Of a stretch of DNA of 64,000 bases, positions 38,225-46,466 are shown piece by piece. Source of the stretch: Minisyncoccota bacterium. Lineage in GTDB: Bacteria; Patescibacteriota; Minisyncoccia; Phycocordibacterales; UBA5272. Location of the stretch: contig JAGORG010000004.1 of NCBI GenBank assembly GCA_018062965.1, forward strand, positions 15,055 through 79,054, in the 5' to 3' direction. The translations under genes were made by a program, and so were the position numbers. Position 1 is the first letter of the stretch, and each line of letters opens with the position of its first letter. The notes under the pieces were generated by a model, which was given only the letters and a program-made list of their open reading frames with translations, did not search any database and was not told the DNA's origin.

Positions 38225-39253
38225 TTATGCGATAGTATATTCTCCAGCGACTTTTCTAAAATGCTTGCTATTTTGAAGGTTAACCAATACAGTGTTTGGC
38301 TTTACGATACGCTTCGCGAGAACTCGTTTAACTATTTCATCCTTTGAGAGCGGACGTCCAGCGTCTTTGAGAACTTCTGTGATAACATCACGGACAACTC
38401 CACCGGTATGCCCCCAGTCTTTCAAACCATACATACCACGGCCAACGAGTACAAAACGTGGATCCTTGATAAGTTCGTTGTGGCATGTGGCAACGTGAGC
38501 GCGCTTACCAAATGTCTTATTGATTTCAGTTGCAACTTCTTTGAAGTGCATTGGCTCTCCTTTACGGCGCATGATCAAATATGCGTAATCCTTGATCCCA
38601 CGAGCCTTTACATGAGGTGAAGATGTTCGCCCCCATTCATTGAGCTGGTTCTTTCCGATAACCTTAGAAAGTGCGAGATATCGATAGATAATATCTTTAT
38701 TGTTTTTGTATTCACCGATAAGATCTGTTAGGTGACTAAGGAATCGTTCGTAGATTTCTTCTTCTTTAACCAAATCTTCTTCATCAATTGATGTATACAA
38801 TTTGCCAAGCGCTTCACGGACATGGGTTGCTGTATCGTCATCAGTTGTAAAATGCGCTTGATAGTGATCACTTTCCTTGTGCTTGATAAAATCTTCACCT
38901 AGAGCGAGATATAGATTGATATGGTTCTGAATAACAGGATCCTTTGAAATATGACGCATGAGGTGCTCCTCTGAAACAACGGCACCGAGTTCTTTTACAA
39001 TTGCTTTCAATTCATCAAAAACAAAAGCATGTTCTTTGAAATCCTTAGATTTCTTGATAGTTGCAAGTGCGAAGTTTTCAATCTGACGAACACGTTCGCG
39101 AGTAATATCGTATGTCTTGCCGATAGCTTCTAGCGTCATGCGTTCACCTTTTTCAAGGCCATAACGGTTAACCACAATCTCGCGTGTACGAGGATTGAGG
39201 CTTGTAAGAAGCTTCTTTGAGACCGCTTTTGGTTTGAAAGTAATTCCTGACAT
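38225..39253 (-). CDS. Sigma-70 region-4-like HTH plus C-terminal HARE-HTH domain protein.
   Basis: The N-terminus LNPRTREIVVNRYGLEKGERMTLEAIGKTYDITRERVRQIENFALATIKK is classic sigma-70 region 4. The C-terminus ...YAYLIMRRKGEPMHFKEVATEI...RFVLVGRGMYGLKDW fits the HARE-HTH pattern of the RpoE-delta N-domain. Confidence 0.65.
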   Translation of the reverse strand: MSGITFKPKAVSKKLLTSLNPRTREIVVNRYGLEKGERMTLEAIGKTYDITRERVRQIENFALATIKKSKDFKEHAFVFDELKAIVKELGAVVSEEHLMRHISKDPVIQNHINLYLALGEDFIKHKESDHYQAHFTTDDDTATHVREALGKLYTSIDEEDLVKEEEIYERFLSHLTDLIGEYKNNKDIIYRYLALSKVIGKNQLNEWGRTSSPHVKARGIKDYAYLIMRRKGEPMHFKEVATEINKTFGKRAHVATCHNELIKDPRFVLVGRGMYGLKDWGHTGGVVRDVITEVLKDAGRPLSKDEIVKRVLAKRIVKPNTVLVNLQNSKHFRKVAGEYTIA

Positions 39254-39295
39254 GTAATTAAAGTACATCTATTCTACCAGAACTTGCCAAAAACG

Positions 39296-42166
39296 TCAAA
39301 TTACGATATTTATAAGCTTGTTTGGTACGAAGATAACCTTTTTAGGGGTAGTCTGAGCCACATATTTTGTGTACACATCCAGCTTCGCAACCTTAGAAAG
39401 CACTGTGTTTTCATCAGCATCTCGAGCAACGGTAATAGTTCCTCGCAACTTTCCAGAAATCTGAATAGCAAGTGTTACCTCTTTTTCAACAAGTAATGTC
39501 TGATCTGCAACTGGCCAAGAAGATCTGTGAACGGACTCCGCATACCCTCTTTCGTTCCACAGCTCTTCTGCAAGAAATGGAGCAAATGGTGCGAGCAACT
39601 TGATGAACGTATCAAAATCACTAGCACTCACAGTTCCGCGCTTTTCAAACTCGTTAGCGCAAATCATGAGTTGTGAAATACACGTATTAAACGTCATTGC
39701 TTCTACCCCTTCTGTAACCTTACTAATAGTTTGGTGCACTATAGAAAGCGAACCAGTTGTTTCTGTATCAACCTGCTTTGAAAGTTTGTATACTTTATCC
39801 AAAAATCTTTCAACCCCAACTATTGCTTTATCGTCCCATGCAACAGACTGATCAAATGGACCAATGAACATTTCATAAACTCGAAGTACATCCGCACCAG
39901 AAGATGTAATAATCTGATCTGGATTCACAACATTGCCGAGTGACTTACTCATCTTTACCCCACCAGCACCAAGGATCATTCCTTGAGAAGTTCGCTTGTA
40001 GTACGGCTCACTTGTTGGCACTAACCCGATATCAAACAAGAATTTATACCAGAATCGAGAGTACAAAAGGTGTAGCGTTGTATGCTCCATCCCACCGTTG
40101 TACCAATCCACAGGAAGCCATGCCTTAAGAAGTTCTGGGTCCCCAAGAGCTGTCTCATTTTTGGGATCGATATATCGCATAAAGTACCACGAAGATCCCG
40201 CCCACTGCGGCATCGTATCTGTTTCGCGACGAAATACTTCACCTGTTTCGTCTGATACAAAATGTCCTGTTGCGTCGATTTTTCCTTTGATATTGACCCA
40301 CTCAGAAATAGTTGCAAGTGGTGATTCACCGTTATCTGTTGGCTCATATTTATCAACCATTGGAAGCACTATAGGAAGCTCACTTTCTGCAACTGGATAC
40401 ATCGTCCCTTCTTTGTCATACACAACAGGAATAGGTTCTCCCCAATATCGTTGACGAGCAAATACCCAGTCACGAAGCTTGGACTTTATTACAACTCGAC
40501 CATGAAGTGCTTCTGTGATTTTATTACGAGCAACTTGAGAAGTGAGCCCGTTATGCTCACCGGAGTTAATAAGCGCACCATCTTCTGTGATATATACCGA
40601 ATCTGATGCTAATTCTTTCTCCCAAATACCCCATTCACTACAAATAAATTCTGACGGGAATTCATTTTTATGAACCCACATTTTTTCATACCGTGTAGTT
40701 TCTTCTTGAGAAGGCGTCTCTTCAGTAGTCGTGTCACTCATATCTAAAACCACTGCTTTACAATATGAAATTCTATTTTGCTTTTTATGGTTTGCACTAT
40801 ACTCACTTCTAACAACTGAAAGTTCTCTAATAAAAGTAACGTTTGAAATGCCAGCTTCTTCTTTAAGTTCTCTTAATGCAGCATCACGTGCACTTTCACC
40901 ATTTTCTATCCCCCCGCCGACAAAAGTAACCCATGGGAGCTCTTTCCATTTAAGCATTAAATATGTTTGGTCTTTTGGATTACGAAGTATAATCTGCACC
41001 ATTTGCCGCTCTATTGTTGGCCAGTCTTTTACAAACGGATTCTTTAAGTCGTAACGAACAGGTGCAATAACTTGTTTCACTGTAATCCCATATTTTTTTG
41101 CAAACTCTCCATCTCGCTCATCGTGAGCTGGAACAGCCATAATAGCCCCCGCCCCATACTGAGGCAATACATAATCCGCAATAAAGACCGGGACAGACTC
41201 TTTAGTTGCAGGATTGATTGCTGTCACACCTTCTAACTTAACACCAGTTTTTTCTTTACCTTCAGCGGAACGATCTATATCAGGTTTTGAAACTGCTTCG
41301 TCGATATATGACCTAACCTCTTGGCTGTTAGTAACAGCTCCCATATCAAGGAGCTGCTTTACACGTGGATGTTCTGGTGCAAGCACACAATAGGTACAAC
41401 CAAAAATAGTGTCGGCACGGGTAGTGAAGATGGTAAACGGAATACTTGTATCGCCTGCTTGTAATGTAAAATCAATTTCGCTTCCTTCTGAAAGCCCAAT
41501 CCAATTACGCTGCTGAATTTTTATTTTCTCTAGATAGGTTGTCTCATCGAGATCCTTATCAAGCCTCTCAGCGTATTTTGTAATAGCAAGCATCCACTGT
41601 TCTTTATTTCTTTTTTCAACCAAGGTTCCACATCGTTCACATGCACCATCCACTACTTCTTCGTTTGCGAGCACGCATTTATCTTTTGGACACCAGTTTA
41701 CTGGCATTTCTTTTTTGTATGCCAGCCCTTGTTCGTATAGTTTAAGGAAAATCCATTGCGTCCACTTGTAGTACTGCGGGTCTGTTGTTTCAAACCTTCT
41801 CTCCCAATCAAACGAAAACCCACAATTCTTCATCTGACGCTCAAAGTTGTCTATATTCTTACGTGTTGTAATACTTGGGTGAATACCTGTCTTGATCGCA
41901 TAGTTCTCAGCAGGAAGCCCAAATGAGTCATACCCAATAGGAAAGAGAACTTCATACCCCTGGCGACGAGATGCGCGTGCGATAACATCCATAGCAGTGT
42001 AGCTACGAACATGCCCCACATGGAGACCTTCACCTGAAGGATACGGGAATTCAACGAGCAAATATCGCTTCTTTTTGTCGCTATGAATATCTGTTCTATA
42101 GATACCGTCTTCTTCCCATTTTTTAGTCCAATACTCAGCTATCTTGATATGGTCGTATGCGCTCAT
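39296..42166 (-). CDS. leuS: Leucine--tRNA ligase with an embedded NUDIX hydrolase domain.
   Basis: HIGH (HVGH) and KMSKS (KMSKS) motifs. CP1 editing motif TTRADTIFG and AVPAHDERD are present. A ~160-aa insertion (aa ~371-530) carries the Nudix box GGGIENGESARDAALRELKEEAGI. Confidence 0.95.
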   Translation of the reverse strand: MSAYDHIKIAEYWTKKWEEDGIYRTDIHSDKKKRYLLVEFPYPSGEGLHVGHVRSYTAMDVIARASRRQGYEVLFPIGYDSFGLPAENYAIKTGIHPSITTRKNIDNFERQMKNCGFSFDWERRFETTDPQYYKWTQWIFLKLYEQGLAYKKEMPVNWCPKDKCVLANEEVVDGACERCGTLVEKRNKEQWMLAITKYAERLDKDLDETTYLEKIKIQQRNWIGLSEGSEIDFTLQAGDTSIPFTIFTTRADTIFGCTYCVLAPEHPRVKQLLDMGAVTNSQEVRSYIDEAVSKPDIDRSAEGKEKTGVKLEGVTAINPATKESVPVFIADYVLPQYGAGAIMAVPAHDERDGEFAKKYGITVKQVIAPVRYDLKNPFVKDWPTIERQMVQIILRNPKDQTYLMLKWKELPWVTFVGGGIENGESARDAALRELKEEAGISNVTFIRELSVVRSEYSANHKKQNRISYCKAVVLDMSDTTTEETPSQEETTRYEKMWVHKNEFPSEFICSEWGIWEKELASDSVYITEDGALINSGEHNGLTSQVARNKITEALHGRVVIKSKLRDWVFARQRYWGEPIPVVYDKEGTMYPVAESELPIVLPMVDKYEPTDNGESPLATISEWVNIKGKIDATGHFVSDETGEVFRRETDTMPQWAGSSWYFMRYIDPKNETALGDPELLKAWLPVDWYNGGMEHTTLHLLYSRFWYKFLFDIGLVPTSEPYYKRTSQGMILGAGGVKMSKSLGNVVNPDQIITSSGADVLRVYEMFIGPFDQSVAWDDKAIVGVERFLDKVYKLSKQVDTETTGSLSIVHQTISKVTEGVEAMTFNTCISQLMICANEFEKRGTVSASDFDTFIKLLAPFAPFLAEELWNERGYAESVHRSSWPVADQTLLVEKEVTLAIQISGKLRGTITVARDADENTVLSKVAKLDVYTKYVAQTTPKKVIFVPNKLINIVI

Positions 42167-42377
42167 AGTTTCTCTATAGTATCAATAAATACGTCGAAAG
42201 TCGAAAAGAGTGACGCCGTAGGCGTCACTCTTTTCGACTTTTAAAAATAAGAATACGAGGTAATCAACTATATGACCTAAGATTCAAGGCGCGATGAAGC
42301 GCGCGAGGAGACGTACATGGAGTACGTTGACGAACGAGGTGAAATCAGCAACGCAGAAGATTGGGTTAGAGAGTTGA

Positions 42378-43478
42378 TTACCTGCCGTAGTACATGTCAG
42401 AAGTAATAACCCTCTTAAAACATGTCTCTCCAATCCCATGATTCCAAAACGGTGAAACATCTCCTGAGTAGTAGTAGTTTGCTACTGAGTACATTTTTTC
42501 AGAGTACACAGGCGTTCCGCGTCCATTGTATTCTCGAACTGTGTCAAATGTAGCACAGAGCTCAAACGTTGCAGGAGATACCATTTCTTTTTTACTTGTA
42601 AGCGCATTCACTCGAATTGTAGGCTGCTGAATAACGCGGTATACATATGATTCTTTAGTCACAGGATCTTGTGGAACTGTGTATCCTTGGAAAGCGTCAT
42701 TGAGTTCACTCAGCTGAACTGGGAGCCTGTCTGTGTTTTGAAGACGATTAAAGACTTCTTGTTGAATTCGTGAAATATCTGATAGACGAGTGTCATCTAT
42801 TCTCATAAGACGCATTTCTTTTGGTGTGCCGATAATTGAAACACTCCAGACAAGAGAACCAAGAACAAATAGCGAAGCTGCTACTGCAATTAACTTTGGA
42901 AGACGTGTGGTCTTTGAATAGTCACGTCGAAGTGCGTAAACATAGTATCCACATACCGCTCCGGCTATCACAAACACCGTGAGGGCCTTAAACCCAAAAC
43001 GTACAGTGAGCTCTCCTCCTAAGAATGTATAGATAGTTGCAACGAGTGTACCTAGCAAAGTGCAGATAGTTACAAAGAGCGTTGTGTATACAAATACCTT
43101 ACGAATAAGAAGGTCTCGTTTGTACAAGAATTTCTTGATATCGTTTGATACGTAGAGTGATAATCCTAGGTAAATTGGAAACATAACCACAAGGGACGCA
43201 ATGGCCATGCGCATGTCACTTCCGTACATGTCGACATATTGTCCAACTTCAAGCACATCAATAAACTTGCGTTCGATTGCTGTAAAGAGAATTTGGATGA
43301 TATTAGTAACTGAAACAACGAGTGAGATAAAAATCCCAAGGTACACGAATACATCAAGTGCTTTTGTTTTTGATTCCATATGAGTAGTGTGTTTTGTAAT
43401 AAGCATGTATAGCAAAGTCCCCACCCCAACAATAACAAGGAGAGGTACCAGCAATGCGACAAGGATAAATATTGTCAT
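42378..43478 (-). CDS. Hypothetical polytopic membrane protein with a C-terminal soluble domain.
   Basis: About 6 TM helices then a ~170-aa hydrophilic domain. A 20-bp perfect hairpin terminator lies downstream (42196-42240). Confidence 0.65.
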   Translation of the reverse strand: MTIFILVALLVPLLVIVGVGTLLYMLITKHTTHMESKTKALDVFVYLGIFISLVVSVTNIIQILFTAIERKFIDVLEVGQYVDMYGSDMRMAIASLVVMFPIYLGLSLYVSNDIKKFLYKRDLLIRKVFVYTTLFVTICTLLGTLVATIYTFLGGELTVRFGFKALTVFVIAGAVCGYYVYALRRDYSKTTRLPKLIAVAASLFVLGSLVWSVSIIGTPKEMRLMRIDDTRLSDISRIQQEVFNRLQNTDRLPVQLSELNDAFQGYTVPQDPVTKESYVYRVIQQPTIRVNALTSKKEMVSPATFELCATFDTVREYNGRGTPVYSEKMYSVANYYYSGDVSPFWNHGIGETCFKRVITSDMYYGR

Positions 43479-43529
43479 ACATCTATAGTACCATTTCCAT
43501 GGTATAGTGGAAATATCTTAAAAACACCT

Positions 43530-43955
43530 ATGGATAAGCTAGAAAACCTCGCATTATCAGTTACTAAATGGATTGGATCAATCTGGTCAGTCATCGCCCA
43601 CACAATAATCTTTATGGGTGCTTTTGTTTTAGTTCTGATAGGAGTTGATCTAGAGCGCGTCCTTTTGACACTTACAACACTTGTTTCTCTCGAAGCAATC
43701 TATCTTTCAATTTTTATTCAGATGAGTGTGAACCACCAGGCGCGCGCGCTTGCAAATGTAGAAAAAGACATCGATGAAATTCAGGTGGACGTGGAAGAAA
43801 TCTCTCATGATGTCGAAGAAATTTCACATGACGTTGAGGAAATCGCCGAAGATGTGGAAGAAATTGCAGAGGACGTGGAAGACATCCAAGAGGACATGGA
43901 GGAAATCCAGGAAGATCTAGAAGATATCCAAGAAGAGCACGAGCCGAAGAAATAA
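43530..43955 (+). CDS. Small membrane protein (DUF1003-like) with a C-terminal acidic 8-aa tandem repeat.
   Basis: Two TM helices and a QNRQ-like segment (MSVNHQARAL). The C-terminus is (D/E)EI..DVE repeated 7-8 times. Confidence 0.6.
   Translation: MDKLENLALSVTKWIGSIWSVIAHTIIFMGAFVLVLIGVDLERVLLTLTTLVSLEAIYLSIFIQMSVNHQARALANVEKDIDEIQVDVEEISHDVEEISHDVEEIAEDVEEIAEDVEDIQEDMEEIQEDLEDIQEEHEPKK
43760..43940 (+). repeat. 24-nt tandem repeat, about 7.5 copies, inside the CDS.
   Basis: Units of the form GAAGAAATCTCTCATGATGTC / GAAGAAATTTCACATGACGTT / GAGGAAATCGCCGAAGATGTG... encode the EEI(S/A)(H/E)DV(E) repeats. Confidence 0.7.
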
Positions 43956-43968
43956 AACCTTAAGGGGT

Positions 43969-44307
43969 TTATTCGAAGATAAATAGTGCCCAGTTTACAA
44001 TCGAAAGCACAACAGCAAAGACAAGCGCCATCCAAAATGACGGAATACTAAACCCAGGAACAATCCACGACGCAATCGTGATCATAAGTGCGTTAATAAC
44101 AAATGAGAAGAGCCCGAGCGTTACAACAGTAACAGGAAGCGTCACGACAGAAATGATAGGTTTGATTGTGTGATTGATAACAGCGAGCACAAGCGCAACC
44201 ACAAACCCAGTAAGCCCAGTACTCCAGGCAAATACAATCGGTACCCCCACCTTTGTTATGTAGCTTGTAATAAGTACTGCGATTGTTCGTACAAGTAAAT
44301 ATGTCAT
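43969..44307 (-). CDS. Phage-holin-family-4 / DUF360 (YvlD-like) small membrane protein.
   Basis: Four TM helices with the characteristic INHTIKPIISVVTLPVTVVTLGLFSFVINALMI pattern. Confidence 0.6.
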   Translation of the reverse strand: MTYLLVRTIAVLITSYITKVGVPIVFAWSTGLTGFVVALVLAVINHTIKPIISVVTLPVTVVTLGLFSFVINALMITIASWIVPGFSIPSFWMALVFAVVLSIVNWALFIFE

Positions 44308-44309
44308 AC

Positions 44310-44573
44310 CTACAGTGTAGCACCTTCACTTTCCAAGATACTACGCTTTGTATCAACACCGCCACGATTATACCCACCCATTCCTCCATCACTTCGAATT
44401 ACTCTGTGACATGGAACATCTGGGTTATAGTTTTTAGCGAGCACAGTTGCTACAGCACGAAATGCTTGAGGTCTACCGATCTGTATCGCCACCTCTTTGT
44501 AGGTCATCACAGACCCCTTTGGAATACGTGATACAACTGCATACACAGCGTCTTTAAACGAAGTATCCTTCAT
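44310..44573 (-). CDS. MGMT-family protein: the DNA-binding domain of methylated-DNA-protein-cysteine methyltransferase.
   Basis: PCHRV active-site motif and HTH (VMTYKEVAIQIGRPQAFRAVA). At ~88 aa it has the C-terminal domain only. Confidence 0.7.
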   Translation of the reverse strand: MKDTSFKDAVYAVVSRIPKGSVMTYKEVAIQIGRPQAFRAVATVLAKNYNPDVPCHRVIRSDGGMGGYNRGGVDTKRSILESEGATL

Positions 44574-44577
44574 GAAT

Positions 44578-44964
44578 TTAATGAGCAAGAAGCTCTTGCA
44601 TCTCACGTAGCTCGTCTTCGGATGCTTTATATACATGAACCTTATCGAAATCCTCTGGTTTGTTGGTTGGCACAAGATGCACATGCACGTGAGGCACGCC
44701 GTAACCTTCGACAAACACACAAACACGAGCACACCCTGTCTTTGCTTTCATAACCTGAGCTATATACCTAACTCGACGCATCATTTCGTCATACATGACT
44801 TCATCGAGTTCAAACATTTGATCAACTTCCTGCTTTGGGATAACAAGCACATGACCTTTCTGGATTGGATTAAGGTCTAAAATAGCAATAACATACTCGT
44901 CTTCGTAGATTTTGTATGAAGGTAACTCTCCGTTAATTATCTTTGTGAAAATTGATGACATGGT
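44578..44964 (-). CDS. HIT-family (histidine triad) nucleotide hydrolase.
   Basis: The HIT motif is in HVHVHLVP, and the N-terminus IFTKIINGELP is typical of Hint proteins. Confidence 0.8.
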   Translation of the reverse strand, partial: TMSSIFTKIINGELPSYKIYEDEYVIAILDLNPIQKGHVLVIPKQEVDQMFELDEVMYDEMMRRVRYIAQVMKAKTGCARVCVFVEGYGVPHVHVHLVPTNKPEDFDKVHVYKASEDELREMQELLAH

Positions 44965-45035
44965 GTATTTAGTATAAAGGATAGAAACATAAAAAGCAGC
45001 TACGGTAGTACGCTTTGGTTTACACACCACATAAG

Positions 45036-45581
45036 CTATATCAACTTCTTTACCTGATCAATACGCTCCTTTCGTGTTCCAGATATAACTTTTACGGTTA
45101 TATTGTTCGAACGAATCAGTTCAAACAATAATTTCAGGAACTGAGTATTTGTGGCGTCGATAAACGAAGTATCGATATCTCGAAGCTCGTCATTAACAAG
45201 TGGAACAGAGACAGCGGTTGGGATAAAAAGATACAGATCCACACTTTGAAGCGTATCTCGCATCATTGCTTCACTTTCATCTACAAACCACTTTGGGATG
45301 GTTCCTTGTTCGTATTGCAAACATGTATACACAAAGTTATCTATCAAACAGCGGTCAAAAATAACATTGTAGTCTGTGTTGTGACGCAGCTGCCCAAACA
45401 TAAAATCTCGAATAGCTTTCTGACTTTCTGTGGTAGTTTGTTGATTTATTTGTAGGCCACCCTCTGTCACAACATCTCGATATGTTTTATCTGATGCCAC
45501 ATAGTGCGGAAACTCTTTGAGGAAGTCTTGGATGAATGTAGATTTGCCGGTATTTTGTGGGCCAATAACTGCGATTCTCAT
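45036..45581 (-). CDS. P-loop NTPase (AAA_28-like putative kinase/ATPase).
   Basis: Walker A GPQNTGKST at the N-terminus; 181 aa; no other clear motif. Confidence 0.6.
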   Translation of the reverse strand: MRIAVIGPQNTGKSTFIQDFLKEFPHYVASDKTYRDVVTEGGLQINQQTTTESQKAIRDFMFGQLRHNTDYNVIFDRCLIDNFVYTCLQYEQGTIPKWFVDESEAMMRDTLQSVDLYLFIPTAVSVPLVNDELRDIDTSFIDATNTQFLKLLFELIRSNNITVKVISGTRKERIDQVKKLI

Positions 45582-45603
45582 ATGTTCAGTATACGGACGA
45601 GAG

Positions 45604-46143
45604 TTAGTTGCTCCAAGGGATATTCTTTTCTTCCCGTATTTTGCAAGTTTTATTCACAAAATCTTCACGCCCAGAACCTTGTCTATACAAACCATACCGG
45701 AGAGGGTTCTTTTCCGCATACTGTTGGTGATATTCTTCTGCTCTATAAAATGGCTTTCTTTCTACAATATCAACCTGTGCAGGTACCTCATACACATGAC
45801 TTTGGTTAAGTTCCTCAATAACAGCTTCTGCAATAAGCTTTTCGTCTTCAGTTTCATAATAGATAGCAGTACGATAGCTTTCTCCCCGATCTGCAAACTG
45901 CCCACCTGCATCCGTTGGGTCAATATGGTCAATAAAAAATTGAAGTAGTTTTTTATACGATGTTTCTGAGTCGTTATATTCAACAAGAACTACTTCACGA
46001 TGACCCGCATGATTCTCGTATGTTGGACTAGTTGACGCCCCACCAGAGTACCCAGAAGTTACAGAAATCACACCTGGGGCTTCGCGCAGATCATGCTCTA
46101 CACACCAAAAACATCCACCAGCAAGAATGAGAGATTTAGTCAT
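45604..46143 (-). CDS. msrA: Peptide methionine sulfoxide reductase A.
   Basis: Active site GCFWC close to the N-terminus; 179 aa. Confidence 0.9.
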   Translation of the reverse strand: MTKSLILAGGCFWCVEHDLREAPGVISVTSGYSGGASTSPTYENHAGHREVVLVEYNDSETSYKKLLQFFIDHIDPTDAGGQFADRGESYRTAIYYETEDEKLIAEAVIEELNQSHVYEVPAQVDIVERKPFYRAEEYHQQYAEKNPLRYGLYRQGSGREDFVNKTCKIREEKNIPWSN

Positions 46144-46206
46144 ACTCCAATGGTATCACATGACAATTCACAGACGCACTAATTTGTGATAGTATATTTG
46201 CTACAC

Positions 46207-46290
46207 GCGTCGGTGGTGGAGTGGTCAATCACAACAGACTGTAAATCTGTCGCCCTTCGGGCTTCGCTGGTTCAAATCCAGCCCGGCGCA
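46207..46290 (+). tRNA. tRNA-Tyr (anticodon GTA).
   Basis: Acceptor GCGTCGG/CCGGCGC; anticodon stem ACAGA/TCTGT with loop CUGUAAA; long variable arm GCCCTTCGGGC; T-arm GCTGG-TTCAAAT-CCAGC. Confidence 0.85.
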
Positions 46291-46297
46291 CTGAATT

Positions 46298-46325
46298 CAA
46301 AAAGCACCTTCAGGTGCTTTTTGTG
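46298..46325. terminator. Bidirectional intrinsic terminator.
   Basis: AAAAAGCACCTT-CAG-GTGCTTTTT hairpin flanked by A and T runs. Confidence 0.6.
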
Positions 46326-46466
46326 TGTCTGGTTGGATTTGAACCGCGGGCCGCAACCCGCGAAGAGCGGGTGTAGGTCTCGAGGCAAGCATGCCGAGAG
46401 GCAAATCCAGCCCGGCGCACCAATATAAGCAACTAAAAACACCCTGTACAGGGTGTTTTTAGTTTA

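Noticed and set aside
43760-43940. A CRISPR-like periodic repeat.
   Set aside because: The 24-nt period is contiguous with no spacers and is in-frame coding for an acidic peptide repeat. No cas genes or leader are present. No CRISPR array was found anywhere in the window.
46326-46420. A second tRNA gene downstream of tRNA-Tyr, on either strand.
   Set aside because: It contains TTCAAATCC-like and acceptor-3'-like sequence, but no complementary 5' acceptor, D-stem or T-stem can be formed. It was interpreted as a partial 3'-end duplicate.
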